A DNA stretch of 32,000 nucleotides from a cyanobacterium endosymbiont of Epithemia turgida isolate EtSB Lake Yunoko. Its GTDB lineage: Bacteria > Cyanobacteriota > Cyanobacteriia > Cyanobacteriales > Microcystaceae. The stretch's first letter is position 1. Each line of letters opens with the position of its first letter. This document shows positions 20,509 through 30,782 of the stretch, piece after piece. The stretch is from NCBI RefSeq assembly GCF_000829235.1, contig NZ_AP012549.1, positions 150,001 to 182,000 of the forward strand. Direction: 5' to 3'. The translations under genes were made by a program, and so were the position numbers. Below the pieces are notes generated by a model. That model saw nothing but the letters and a program-made list of their open reading frames with translations, was not told where the DNA came from and made no database searches.

Positions 20509-21079
20509 TCCTAAATTGTCTGATATAGAATCGTTAACCCGTGAGCAAATTTTAGTAGTAATAGGAGTAACAGCAGTTATTCTCTTAATTATTGCTAAAG
20601 TTTGGCAGAAAGTATGGTCTGTTATCCTACTGGATGTTCAATTAACCTTCAACGCTATTTTAGGTGGTTTAGGAGTGGCGGGGGGAATTATTGTTACTAG
20701 TAGCATTATTTATCATCTCTGGCCAGCCTATCGTCAAAGTGCAGATATTTACTTTAAATTAATAATTCGACCGTTAATGTGGTTAGATTTAATTTGGTTA
20801 GGATTATTACCAGGTTTAAGTGAAGAACTGTTGTTTCGTGGAGTAATGTTGCCCGCATTGGGATTAAATTTACTCGCAGTGATTCTGTCAAGTGTAATCT
20901 TTGGAATGCTTCATTCAAGCGGAATGCAACAGTGGCCTTACGTGATATGGGCAACGATAGTAGGATTTGTGTTAGGTTATAGTGCTTTATTGACAGGGAA
21001 TCTAGCGATTCCAATTATCGCCCACATTATGACTAATTTAGTGTCAAGTTACTTGTGGAAAATTAGTAAGTCGGTATAA
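20501..21079 (+). CDS. CPBP family intramembrane glutamic endopeptidase (CAAX protease/Abi-like)
   Basis: The three CPBP motifs are present: SEELLFRG (EExxxR), FGMLH (FxxxH) and HIMTN (HxxxN). The protein has several TM helices. The start is uncertain. The track ORF opens at 20426, inside the upstream gene. I prefer the GTG at 20501, which overlaps the upstream TGA (20506-20508) by 8 nt. Confidence 0.8.
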   Translation: MTDPKLSDIESLTREQILVVIGVTAVILLIIAKVWQKVWSVILLDVQLTFNAILGGLGVAGGIIVTSSIIYHLWPAYRQSADIYFKLIIRPLMWLDLIWLGLLPGLSEELLFRGVMLPALGLNLLAVILSSVIFGMLHSSGMQQWPYVIWATIVGFVLGYSALLTGNLAIPIIAHIMTNLVSSYLWKISKSV

Positions 21080-21111
21080 ATATATACTAATCAATAATTG
21101 ATATTTAATAT

Positions 21112-21558
21112 ATGAAAATTCAATTTCGAGAATTTAATCCTTTTGATTTATGGATTTGGCTAGAGTTTAAAACTATTCCTTCATCTATGGAAAAACAATA
21201 CATAGAGGAAGTATTTAATGCCTGGTTTTATTTAGGAAAGTTGGGAGCATTTAACGCCGAAAATTTACAAGTACAAGATCAGGGAATTGATATTAGTTAT
21301 ATGGAATATGAGACAGGTACAGCTAACAGTGTTATGATGGCTCTCATGCACAATATGACAGAGTTTCAATATCGAGGAGTTTGGGGACGCTGCTGGTTTG
21401 ATTTGGGAACGAGTGATTTAATTGCTTTGGATATTTTGATTAATGCTTTAAATCAATTAAGTAAGGAGTATGTCACTATCAATAGGTTGATTATTGGTGG
21501 TGAAAATGAAAATTGGAAAGCTGAAGATAAAAATCAATCAATATTTATTGAGAACTAA
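21112..21558 (+). CDS. conserved hypothetical protein (DUF3531-like, assignment from memory)
   Basis: 148-aa ORF, 32 nt after the CPBP gene on the same strand, with gene-like composition. The sequence includes WFYLGKLGAFNAENLQV...GVWGRCWFDLGTSD. Confidence 0.6.
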   Translation: MKIQFREFNPFDLWIWLEFKTIPSSMEKQYIEEVFNAWFYLGKLGAFNAENLQVQDQGIDISYMEYETGTANSVMMALMHNMTEFQYRGVWGRCWFDLGTSDLIALDILINALNQLSKEYVTINRLIIGGENENWKAEDKNQSIFIEN

Positions 21559-21590
21559 GTTTTAAAAATATTTTCATTTTATTGATATTT

Positions 21591-21618
21591 AAGACTAATT
21601 TTTTAAAAAATTAGTCTT
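21591..21618 (+). terminator. candidate terminator of the 19232-21558 cluster (28-nt perfect palindrome)
   Basis: aagactaatttttt | aaaaaattagtctt begins 33 nt after the stop at 21558. The stem is AT-rich and no separate U-tract is present. Confidence 0.4.
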
Positions 21619-21775
21619 GGCTGAGTGAGAAAATTAAAAACCTATATAATTATCATTATTTCATTTCAATAAGTTTTATGACTCTTCCAAATGTTTAAAC
21701 GATTGATTTCAAGAAAGCCAAGTTATACAGAAAATAATGGAAAGATTTTAAAAATTACCTAAAAAAGACAAGCGC

Positions 21776-23494
21776 ATGGCAACGTCACGACTTCGACAAC
21801 TAGGTAAATATTTGCATCCTTACTGGAAACAAGTGTTGTGGGGAACAAGCACATTATTTGTTGTTAATGCTCTAGGGGTTTATATTCCTCTACTGATTCG
21901 AGATAGTATCGACGATTTGCGTCAGGTGTTTAGTTTGGATCGAGTATTATCATATGCTGCTCTAATTTTAATTCTGGCAACTATTATGTGGATAATTCGC
22001 ATGATCTCGCGCCTCATAATTTTTGGAGTGGGTCGTCAGGTAGAATTTGACCTCAAACAGAGGATATTTGAGCATTTACTTACCCTAGAACCTGCCTATT
22101 TTTCTACTAATACCTGCGGCGATTTAATTAACCGTGCCACCAGTGATGTAGATAATATTCGTCGTTTGGTAGGCTTCGCAATATTGAGTTTAATTAATAT
22201 TATTTTTGCCTATGCTCTGACTCTTCCGGCGATGTTGTCCATTCATATTTCCTTAAGTTTATTGGCTATTGCTATCTATCCAGTGATTCTATTTATAGTT
22301 CATATCTTCAGTGGACAATTACAAAATCAACAGTTTAAGGTGCAAGAAGGACTGTCTGAGATTAGTGAATTAATTCAAGCAGATATCAGTGGCATGGCTT
22401 TAATTAAAATTTATGCCCAAGAAGCTAACGAAATTCATGCTTTTGACCAACTAAACCAAAAACTACTAAAAGCTAACTTAAAACTCGCCCAAATTCGTAA
22501 CTTTTTATTCCCTATCATTGAAGGTATATCATATATCAGTCTATTACTGCTGTTAACTTTTGGAACTAAAGCAATTAATGAAGGAACTATCAGCATTGGA
22601 GATTTTGTTGCTCTAATTATTTTAGTAGAACAGTTAGTGTTTCCCACGGCTTTCCTGGGATTTACAATGACTGCCTATCAACGGGGAGAGGTGAGTATTG
22701 ACCGAATAGCAGCCATCTTTCAATCACAGCCGAGAGTTCGCGATCGAAACCAAGTTAAATCTATCTCCTCATCAGAGATTAAAGGTAAATTAGTTGCCCT
22801 TAACCTAAGCTATACTTATCCTGGGGCAAAAAACCCAGCTTTAGACAAAGTTAACTTTACAATTAATCCTGGAGAAACGGTAGCCATTGTTGGTCCAATC
22901 GGCTGCGGAAAATCTACCTTAGCCAATACCTTACCCCGTTTACTTGAGATTGCCCCAGGACAGTTATTTTTAGATGATTATGATATCACTGAGTTACCTC
23001 TAGCCCAATTACGGGAGGCAATCGCCTATGTTCCTCAGGATAGCTTCTTGTTTAATACTTCTATTGAAAATAATATTCGTTATGGAGACCCTCTTAAAGG
23101 ACGAGATGAAGTAGAATGGGCAGCTAAACAAAGCCATATTCATCCAGAAATTATGAATTTGCCGCAAAAATATGATACTTTAGTTGGAGAGAGGGGTATT
23201 ATTCTTTCAGGCGGTCAACGACAACGTATTGCTCTAGCTAGGGCTTTATTGATGGATGCTTCAATATTAATTCTAGACGATGCTCTATCGAATGTTGATA
23301 ATAAAACCGCTGCCCAGATTCTAAATAGTCTTTACAAGGAACAGGGTAAGACTGTCATTTTTATTTCTCATCATTTATCGGTTGCAGCGCAAGCAGATCG
23401 TATTTTAGTGATGGATAAAGGAAAACCTGTTCAGATAGGAACCCATAAAACCTTGTGGCAACAACCTGGTTTGTATCGGTCTCTTTGGAATTAA
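21776..23494 (+). CDS. ABC transporter ATP-binding protein/permease (type IV exporter half-transporter, MdlA/MsbA-like)
   Basis: 572-aa ORF with an N-terminal 6-TM domain followed by an NBD. The NBD has Walker A GPIGCGKST, the signature LSGGQRQRIALARAL and Walker B ILILDD. Asp replaces the usual catalytic Glu (ILILDDALSNVD). Confidence 0.9.
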   Translation: MATSRLRQLGKYLHPYWKQVLWGTSTLFVVNALGVYIPLLIRDSIDDLRQVFSLDRVLSYAALILILATIMWIIRMISRLIIFGVGRQVEFDLKQRIFEHLLTLEPAYFSTNTCGDLINRATSDVDNIRRLVGFAILSLINIIFAYALTLPAMLSIHISLSLLAIAIYPVILFIVHIFSGQLQNQQFKVQEGLSEISELIQADISGMALIKIYAQEANEIHAFDQLNQKLLKANLKLAQIRNFLFPIIEGISYISLLLLLTFGTKAINEGTISIGDFVALIILVEQLVFPTAFLGFTMTAYQRGEVSIDRIAAIFQSQPRVRDRNQVKSISSSEIKGKLVALNLSYTYPGAKNPALDKVNFTINPGETVAIVGPIGCGKSTLANTLPRLLEIAPGQLFLDDYDITELPLAQLREAIAYVPQDSFLFNTSIENNIRYGDPLKGRDEVEWAAKQSHIHPEIMNLPQKYDTLVGERGIILSGGQRQRIALARALLMDASILILDDALSNVDNKTAAQILNSLYKEQGKTVIFISHHLSVAAQADRILVMDKGKPVQIGTHKTLWQQPGLYRSLWN

Positions 23495-24783
23495 CGCCAA
23501 TCATAGAAAGTCTACAAACAAATAAAATTCAACCCTTACTTACTTAAATTTGACTATGAATTGTTTAGTCCTATTATACCGATATAAGCTCTGAATATAA
23601 CTCAAAAATAAAAATATTTTGATAAATTTAATTTACAGTTTTACTTGATGAGGACTTCATAGAAATAAGAACTACTTTTAACTGTTAATTTCGTTTTTGT
23701 TCCAACTCCGAAATTAATTTGAAATGAATTATATTAATATCAATATAAACAAGTTCTTATAAATTGTGCTATTGAGGAATCAAACTAACTTTACAACTGG
23801 CTTAGATTAGGAAATAACCCATTCTTCACAGTCTACTCAATAAATAATTTTAGGATAAATTTCTGCCGCTTCATAGATTTTGTAATCAGCCCAGCAAAAC
23901 TTACAGTGAATAACTTTTAAATAAAATTAATTGATTAATTTATCAACGTTAATGACTTATTTCTGGGTAAAGATAAAATTACTAGTAACCCCTAAAGAAA
24001 AACTTTGCTTAAATAACTTAAGAGAAGTTCAAGAATGACCTTATGAATCTAAAATTGTAGATAATATGCTGCTGTACTTACTAAGAAATTAACGATTAGT
24101 TTTAGCTTTAGGATTAAGAATTCTTCTCTTAACATTAACAATATTTATTAAATAGATTAGGCCTTTTCTCCTTAATGCAGCTCCAATGCTCAAAGTATCT
24201 ACCCAAGCTGACTATGACGCATAAATTTTAGGTGTACCAGTAAATTTTCTTTATTGGTTGGTTTTTAGGATAGAAATAAAATGGTAAAGTTTTCTTTATG
24301 TACTAATTTTAGTACAATAATCGTAACAAATCTCTTAACCCCAAATACTATGTTGTTACATATATTTTACTTTGGAAATGTATTGAATTAATGGATTAAT
24401 TTTGTCACCGAATCTTTAGGTGTTAAGGTATAAATTTTAAAGAAAAAGTAGCTAAACAAGACTTACCTCCTCTATGAAAACTGACAAGAATAATTGCTTT
24501 AAGTGTAAAACTAATATCAGCTATAGCTTTTACCTGTACTAGGATTTACTTCAATTGTCTTTATTTTAGATGGCTATTCTCTGGGACTAGCTGAAGGAGT
24601 AATTTCACGTAATACAGCTTTGATTTATATTTTTTTGGGTTTATTCCTTGAACTATTATTACTTGACAGTTAAATAATAATGACTTATTACAATTAACTC
24701 TATCTTACTTTATGATACTCAGAGCTATTTTACTCAGTTCATAAATTACTCAAAGTATTAAAAAGGCAAAATTTTTATTTATA

Positions 24784-27132
24784 ATGAATATCTTGCAAGA
24801 TAAATGGCAAATAGCACCATCTCCATTAATTCCTCAGTGGTTTCTAACAATTGTTAAATTATATACTCCTAATTCTGAAGGAAAACATGTTGCTAAAATT
24901 CTATGGCAACGAGGAATTCAACACAAAGATCAACTGATGTCTTTCATTGATGCTGATGCCTATCATCCAACTAGTCCTTTTGCTTTTGGAGAAGAAATGA
25001 AATGGGCAGTTAAACGCCTTAAAAGAGCTTATGAAAATCGAGAAAAAGTAACTATATGGGGGGACTTTGATGCTGATGGAATTACCTCAACTAGCGTTCT
25101 TTGGGAAGGATTAGGACAATTTTTTCTTCCTCATCTTCAACTTGACTATTATATCCCTAATCGTATCACAGAATCACACGGATTAAATTGTCAAGGAATA
25201 AAAAAATTAGCAATATCAGGAACTCGGTTAGTTGTGACTTGTGATACAGGCAGTACTAACTTAACTGAAATTGACTATGCTAATGAGTTAGGTATTGATA
25301 TAATTGTCACCGATCATCATGTTTTACCAGATACTCGGCCCCCTGTTACTGCTATTATCAACCCTCGCTACTTTAGCACTAATCATTCTCTATTTAATCT
25401 ATCAGGAGTGGCAGTAGCCTATAAATTAATTGAAGCATTTTATCAGGAATTACCTAATATTCCTCAAGAACCACTAGAACAATTATTAGACTTAGTTGCT
25501 ATCGGGCTAATTGCTGACTTAGTTGAGTTAAAAGGAGATTGTCGTTATTTAGCACAAAAAGGTATTCGATGCTTGCACAAACAGCAACAATTTAAAACTC
25601 GTCCAGGAATTGCTAAATTATTAGAGTTATGTAAGAAAAATGGTGATCGACCTACTGATATTTCCTATGGTATTGGACCTAGAATTAATGCTATTAGTCG
25701 CATTTATGGAGATGCAACATTTGGAGTTGAATTATTAACTAGTCGCGATATAAAACTTTGCCACGAACTTGCTTTTAAAACCGAATTAGCAAACACAAGA
25801 CGTAAAGAAATACAACAAAGAGTTTATAAAGATGTTAAAAATAAACTATCTAAAATTGACTTGTCAACTGTGAAAGCTATTGTCTTAAAAGATACTCAAT
25901 GGGATAGCGGAGTTCTAGGGTTAGTTGCAGGAAAAATTGCTCAAGAATATAGTCGTCCAACAATTTTATTAACCATAATAGAAACAGATAATGAAGACGA
26001 AGTTAAAGGCATAAAAATGCTCAGAGGTTCAGCGCGCTCAGTTAATCAAATAGATTTATATAAATTACTGGATTATCATAAAAATTTGTTACATCGTTTT
26101 GGAGGACATCCTTTTGCTGTAGGGTTAAGTTTACCTCTAAAAAATTTAACTTTATTTAGAGAAGGGATTAATCAACAATTACGACAAAAACTCGATCATA
26201 TTACTTATTTAAAAGCAACGATTGAAGTAGATTTAATTGTTACTGTTGTTGACTTAGGACAAGATTTATTTCGAGAACTAAAATTATTAGAACCCTGTGG
26301 AATTGGTAATTCTATTCCTAAAATTTTAATACAAAATTGCTGGTTTGATAATGTTTTCAGCAATAATATTGAGGACAGAACAAAAAATAAAATACAGTAT
26401 ATAAAGACAACTTTTGAGATTCATGATTTTTCTACTGACAAAGGATTTCCTGGAGTTTGGTGGGAACATTATAAAGATGAGCTTCCTTTTGATAAACTCC
26501 AAGATACTATTGTTGAATTATATTTTAATTCTTATTATAAACGTTATGAAGTTAGATTAATTGCTATTAGAGACTGTGTAGATAATGTTGAACTTAATCA
26601 AAATACTAATAATAATAACTATTTGTTAGATTGGCGAAACAAAAAATATAAAGAAGACTTTCAAAAAGTAAATACTCAAATTCAAATATTACAAGAATGT
26701 CCTAATAGCTGGGATGAACTATTAACAATATATCATCAAACTCAACAAAAAAAAATTAAACTTGCTCTTGCTTATGATTCACCAAAATATATAAATTCCA
26801 TAGAAGTTTGGCAACAATTATTAGGAATTGCAAAATATTACAGTCGTACTAATGAAGTTGTCAATATAAAACAAATAAAGACAAGATTAGAACTTAGTAA
26901 TTATACCCTAAAAATTGGATTAGAAACCTTGTATGAATTAGGATTTAATTACAATAAAATAGAAGAAAAGTTCCAATTTAGATGGATCAAAAAGATTGCT
27001 AATAATGCTCAAAAACAAGTGAGTAAATTTCTAGAAATAGTGGACGAAGAACAATTTCAGCATAAATATTTTTCTGAAGTTTCGCTTGAGTATATCAACA
27101 AAAAAATATATATAAACAATAAAAAAGAATAA
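24784..27132 (+). CDS. recJ: single-stranded-DNA-specific exonuclease RecJ
   Basis: 782-aa ORF with DHH-family motifs DFDADGITS, TCDTGS and VTDHH, and the DHHA1 motif RFGGHPFAVG. It has a long Asn/Lys-rich C-terminal extension. Confidence 0.9.
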   Translation: MNILQDKWQIAPSPLIPQWFLTIVKLYTPNSEGKHVAKILWQRGIQHKDQLMSFIDADAYHPTSPFAFGEEMKWAVKRLKRAYENREKVTIWGDFDADGITSTSVLWEGLGQFFLPHLQLDYYIPNRITESHGLNCQGIKKLAISGTRLVVTCDTGSTNLTEIDYANELGIDIIVTDHHVLPDTRPPVTAIINPRYFSTNHSLFNLSGVAVAYKLIEAFYQELPNIPQEPLEQLLDLVAIGLIADLVELKGDCRYLAQKGIRCLHKQQQFKTRPGIAKLLELCKKNGDRPTDISYGIGPRINAISRIYGDATFGVELLTSRDIKLCHELAFKTELANTRRKEIQQRVYKDVKNKLSKIDLSTVKAIVLKDTQWDSGVLGLVAGKIAQEYSRPTILLTIIETDNEDEVKGIKMLRGSARSVNQIDLYKLLDYHKNLLHRFGGHPFAVGLSLPLKNLTLFREGINQQLRQKLDHITYLKATIEVDLIVTVVDLGQDLFRELKLLEPCGIGNSIPKILIQNCWFDNVFSNNIEDRTKNKIQYIKTTFEIHDFSTDKGFPGVWWEHYKDELPFDKLQDTIVELYFNSYYKRYEVRLIAIRDCVDNVELNQNTNNNNYLLDWRNKKYKEDFQKVNTQIQILQECPNSWDELLTIYHQTQQKKIKLALAYDSPKYINSIEVWQQLLGIAKYYSRTNEVVNIKQIKTRLELSNYTLKIGLETLYELGFNYNKIEEKFQFRWIKKIANNAQKQVSKFLEIVDEEQFQHKYFSEVSLEYINKKIYINNKKE

Positions 27133-27193
27133 ATATAATTTATTCTTTAAGCTAGAATAGATAAGGTGCTATTGCAAAAGTACGTATAAAATT

Positions 27194-27460
27194 ATGAAAT
27201 CTTTAACCTATCTAATTATCACAATAATGATTGCTTTCTGGTTTGGAGTAATCGCTATTTTTTCTATTCAAAACATTACTGAAATTTCTTTAAAATTTTT
27301 AATGTTGGAATCTATCAAATTTCCCATTGGAGTATTATTATCTTTCTGTATAGGGGGGGGAATGGTTTTGGGATCACTAATGACTATATTGTGGGAATGT
27401 TCAAAATATTTACCTCAAAGAGATTCAAGGAAAATTTCTAAAGAAGTTGATAATTTTTGA
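27194..27460 (+). CDS. LapA-domain (DUF1049-like) small membrane protein
   Basis: 88-aa ORF with two TM helices (ITIMIAFWFGVIAIFSI and VLLSFCIGGGMVLGSLMTIL), 61 nt downstream of recJ on the same strand. The family call is from memory. Confidence 0.55.
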   Translation: MKSLTYLIITIMIAFWFGVIAIFSIQNITEISLKFLMLESIKFPIGVLLSFCIGGGMVLGSLMTILWECSKYLPQRDSRKISKEVDNF

Positions 27461-27737
27461 TTTAAATTGAATCAATGTATATGTTAGGTTAATGTTAAAT
27501 TACAAGTCGTAAAATTACGTCGAACAATTGATGCGTAAATTCTAATAGCCATAGAAAAATTAGTTATTTAGTTGCTGATGATTTAATTAAAATATAAACA
27601 ATAAAAATAAGAAAAAAATTAATTTAAAATTGTAAAAATTATATAAAAATTTTTACAAATAAAGTCAATAAAAGAGTAAATAAGAAGACTTTAATAAAAG
27701 CAAAATAAATAAAGTGATAGAAAATTTTAGAACAGAA

Positions 27738-27795
27738 AAACCTCTGTTTTAAGTTAATTTTTTTAATCATAAAAATTAACTTAAAATAGAGGTTT
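27738..27795. repeat. near-perfect inverted repeat (25-bp arms with one G:T position, 8-nt loop)
   Basis: Arm aaacctctgttttaagttaattttt (27738-27762) pairs with arm aaaaattaacttaaaatagaggttt (27771-27795). The only non-Watson-Crick position would be G:U in RNA. Confidence 0.85.
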
Positions 27796-28308
27796 AAAAA
27801 TATTGCTTAAAAACTTAATTAAAAAATAAATAAAAAAGTTAAGATAATATTTTCAATGAAAACTATTAGTTGGTGACTAGAGTCTTGTTAACTAATTTAG
27901 TTGAACTAGCTCCAGTAGGTTTAATTTATTGAGATTTATAAATAATAAATTTGCTAAGTGTTAGTGTTTATATAATCCCTTATAAAGAATAGTAGATTAA
28001 AATAATAATGGTAATTTTAATAAAATAAAAGTTAAAATAATTGCAAATAAAAGCAGTAAATTTACTTCGATTAAAAACCAAATTAAATTAGACTTATACT
28101 ATTAATTAATTAATAGTTTATTCACTTAGTAGAATTGATGAAATTGATAATATAGAATTTATTAGAGATAAAATATTTGTACTAGTTAAATAATAGCGAC
28201 ATTTCGATTTTGAAAATTAAAGTAAGTAGGAATTTTTAAAAAATAACTATGACAAGCATAATTTATATTAGAGTTAACAAATTTTTTTTGCTTTCTGATT
28301 TTCTTCTT

Positions 28309-28851
28309 TTAACTCGATTGAAATACATACAATGTTATAGCACTATTTCCATAATATTTTTTCTGACGAATTTCTAATCCATTGATTGTCATTGCTTGCC
28401 ATAATTTAGGATTATGTTCTACTGCAATTTCTCCGCCTTTTTTTAAAAGTTTGTGAGCTGCTATTTTTTCTAAAACAGGTTGATACAACATACTAGTATA
28501 AGGCGGATCAAAATAGATATAATGAAATTGTTGTCCTTCTAGAGTTTTTAGGATGTTTAAAACATCACCTTTAATCACTTTAAAAGTCTGATTTGTCGTG
28601 GAAAATTTTTGCCAATTTTGCTTAATAATTTTACACGCTTTCCCATAGCTTTCAATACCTATTACTTCCCTTGCACCACGAGATAAAGCTTCTGCACCCA
28701 TTGAACCATTTCCTGCACATAAATCTAGCCAACGACATTCGACAATTGAACCTTGCCAAATATTAAACAAAGCCTCCCTAACTTTAGCAGATGTAGGACG
28801 AATTAATTGTCCAGGTAAAGTGGTTAATAATCGATTTCCATAAATCCGCAT
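28309..28851 (-). CDS. rsmD: 16S rRNA (guanine(966)-N(2))-methyltransferase RsmD
   Basis: 180-aa ORF with the SAM-binding motif LDLCAGNGSMGAEALSRGA, the DPPY motif (YFDPPYTS), and the typical RsmD N-terminus RIYGNRLL...LRPTSAKVREALFN. Confidence 0.85.
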   Translation of the reverse strand: MRIYGNRLLTTLPGQLIRPTSAKVREALFNIWQGSIVECRWLDLCAGNGSMGAEALSRGAREVIGIESYGKACKIIKQNWQKFSTTNQTFKVIKGDVLNILKTLEGQQFHYIYFDPPYTSMLYQPVLEKIAAHKLLKKGGEIAVEHNPKLWQAMTINGLEIRQKKYYGNSAITLYVFQSS

Positions 28852-29168
28852 TCTGGTTAATAGTTAATTATAGGGATATTGATTAGGAACTACTGACAAA
28901 TACAAAAGTCTAGCCAAACTCAAACACGTAATAGTGATCAGTCAATGCAACACGACTAATAAACTCTTGAGTATCTAAACTATCCATTGTTTTTTCTAAT
29001 TGTACTTGTCTTAGTTACCAACTACTAAAATAGTAATCTATCCTAAATACAATTTTATCCAAAAAAACTATTGATAGGTTTTTAGATATCTCTAAGTGAA
29101 TAAGTAACTGCAATTGAAGTCTAACTTAACTAATCTTAATTATCTAAGCAGACAATTAAAAATTCTAG

Positions 29169-29807
29169 TTATTTATAGAGTTGTACTGATTTAAGTAAAC
29201 TCACAAAATTAGATAGGCTTTTTAAGCCATAATTGGAGGATTTTTCAGGGTGAAATTGTACTGCCATTAAATTATCAAAAGCAATTGCTGCTGTTACTGT
29301 TTGACTGCCATGAGTAACGGTTGCTGCGGTAACACTTATATCAAGTGGATCAACATAATAAGAGTGAACAAAATACATGTAAGGATTAGGGGGTAAGCCT
29401 TGCCATAAACTTAAATTAGATTGAGTAAATTCCAATTGATTCCAACCCATGTGAGGAATAGTAAGATAAGGTTCAGAACGAAAACGACGGACCTTTCCAG
29501 GAATAATTCCTAACCCTGGTTCTTTCCCTTCTTCAGAAGTATCAAAAAGAATTTGTAAACCTAAACAAATTCCTAAAAAAGGTTTTTTATCAGCAATTGC
29601 CTGTTTAATAGGATTAACTAAATGGCGCGCCCGTAAATTTTGAACTGCCGGATCAAAAGATCCTACTCCAGGTAAAATAATTCCAGCAGCTTTAGCAATT
29701 TCGTTAGGAGAATCAGTGATTTTTGGGGTTATCCCTGCTCTTTCGATTCCCTTACAAACAGAATGTAGATTTCCCATATCATAGTCGATAACTGCAATAA
29801 AATTCAT
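29169..29807 (-). CDS. hisH: imidazole glycerol phosphate synthase, glutamine amidotransferase subunit HisH
   Basis: 212-aa ORF opening IAVIDYDMGNLHSV, with the nucleophile context GICLGLQ and the C-terminal FHPEKS of class I GATase HisH. Confidence 0.92.
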   Translation of the reverse strand: MNFIAVIDYDMGNLHSVCKGIERAGITPKITDSPNEIAKAAGIILPGVGSFDPAVQNLRARHLVNPIKQAIADKKPFLGICLGLQILFDTSEEGKEPGLGIIPGKVRRFRSEPYLTIPHMGWNQLEFTQSNLSLWQGLPPNPYMYFVHSYYVDPLDISVTAATVTHGSQTVTAAIAFDNLMAVQFHPEKSSNYGLKSLSNFVSLLKSVQLYK

Positions 29808-29952
29808 GTTGTAAGATTTAATATAATAAATGCTTTGATCCTATTCTAGAGTATAAGAAACCATGACTAGCATTGTTTTAACTTTACTTGATTTCAAATT
29901 TAGATACCCTATCAACTCTCTAGTTCCTTGAAGGTTATTTGAAGATATATTT

Positions 29953-30008
29953 AAAATAAAGCTATCGAAGGAGTATTTATTTAAACACTCCTTCGATAGC
30001 TTTATTTT
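29953..30008. repeat. perfect inverted repeat (22-bp arms, 12-nt loop)
   Basis: Arm aaaataaagctatcgaaggagt (29953-29974) is the exact reverse complement of arm actccttcgatagctttatttt (29987-30008). It lies upstream of hisH, not downstream, and inside the spurious track ORF 29841..30086. Confidence 0.9.
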
Positions 30009-30735
30009 TGTCATAATGACTAGATTGTATCGATTATTAATTATAAACTTGAATATTAGGAGAGAATGGGATAAACTTAAAAGCACAATTAACCTAAAAA
30101 AATAGTTTTATAATTGCTTAATATATCTATTGGTTACGATGAATGAAAATTAATTTATTTATAAAAAATTTTATTATAAAGTAATATAATATTTGCGACA
30201 ATTTAATTGTATCTATATCTTGATCCTGATTCTATATTTTTATTTATTTTTAAAAAATTTATCTAGTTGAATTTATAATAACTTATTTAGAGATACATAA
30301 AGTAAAAAAAATATCTATGATTAGATTAAAATATAATCATTTACTTATAGAAAAAATAATGTTAATTAATTGTGATAAAAAAGAGAATTAGTTTAGAAAA
30401 TAATTATTAAATGGCTTTAAATAAGTGATTAACAAGTCATCAATTTTTTACCAACTACTTGAATAATCTAAGCAAAGACTGGAACAATTATGACAAGAAG
30501 GCCTCAGCTAGATAAAAGTCTAACTATTCGACAATTAACATAGATTTTTACAAAATTTAATTATAGGTAAAGTTCTTATTATTATCCATAATGGAACAAT
30601 TAATATGCTTGTCTTTATAAGAATTAGTATTAAACTATTTCTAATAATACTGCTATTTTATGAATTTTAAAATAAAAAGTAATTTAATCATTGAATAACC
30701 AAGAGTAGATTTACAATATTAGAAGTGTTATGTTA

Positions 30736-30782
30736 AGGTTTTATATATAATATAATTATAATGTCTATTATATATAAAACCT
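30736..30782. repeat. perfect inverted repeat (17-bp arms, 13-nt loop)
   Basis: Arm aggttttatatataata (30736-30752) is the exact reverse complement of arm tattatatataaaacct (30766-30782). Confidence 0.85.

Noticed and set aside
24524-24670. 48-codon hydrophobic reading (LLPVLGFTSIVFILDGYSLGLAEGVISRNTALIYIFLGLFLELLLLDS) just upstream of recJ.
   Set aside because: It looks like the C-terminus of a membrane protein, but it has no start codon, is preceded by stops in all frames, and has no motif I recognise. It is probably another gene remnant and cannot be assigned.
28910-28987. 25-codon minus-strand ORF (MDSLDTQEFISRVALTDHYYVFEFG) between hisH and rsmD.
   Set aside because: Its composition is gene-like, but it is far too short and nothing else supports it. 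It is possibly the stump of a decayed gene.
29841-30086. 81-aa ORF upstream of hisH.
   Set aside because: It is AT-driven and low-complexity, and it spans the 29953-30008 perfect hairpin. Part of its translation is therefore simply the palindrome read through.
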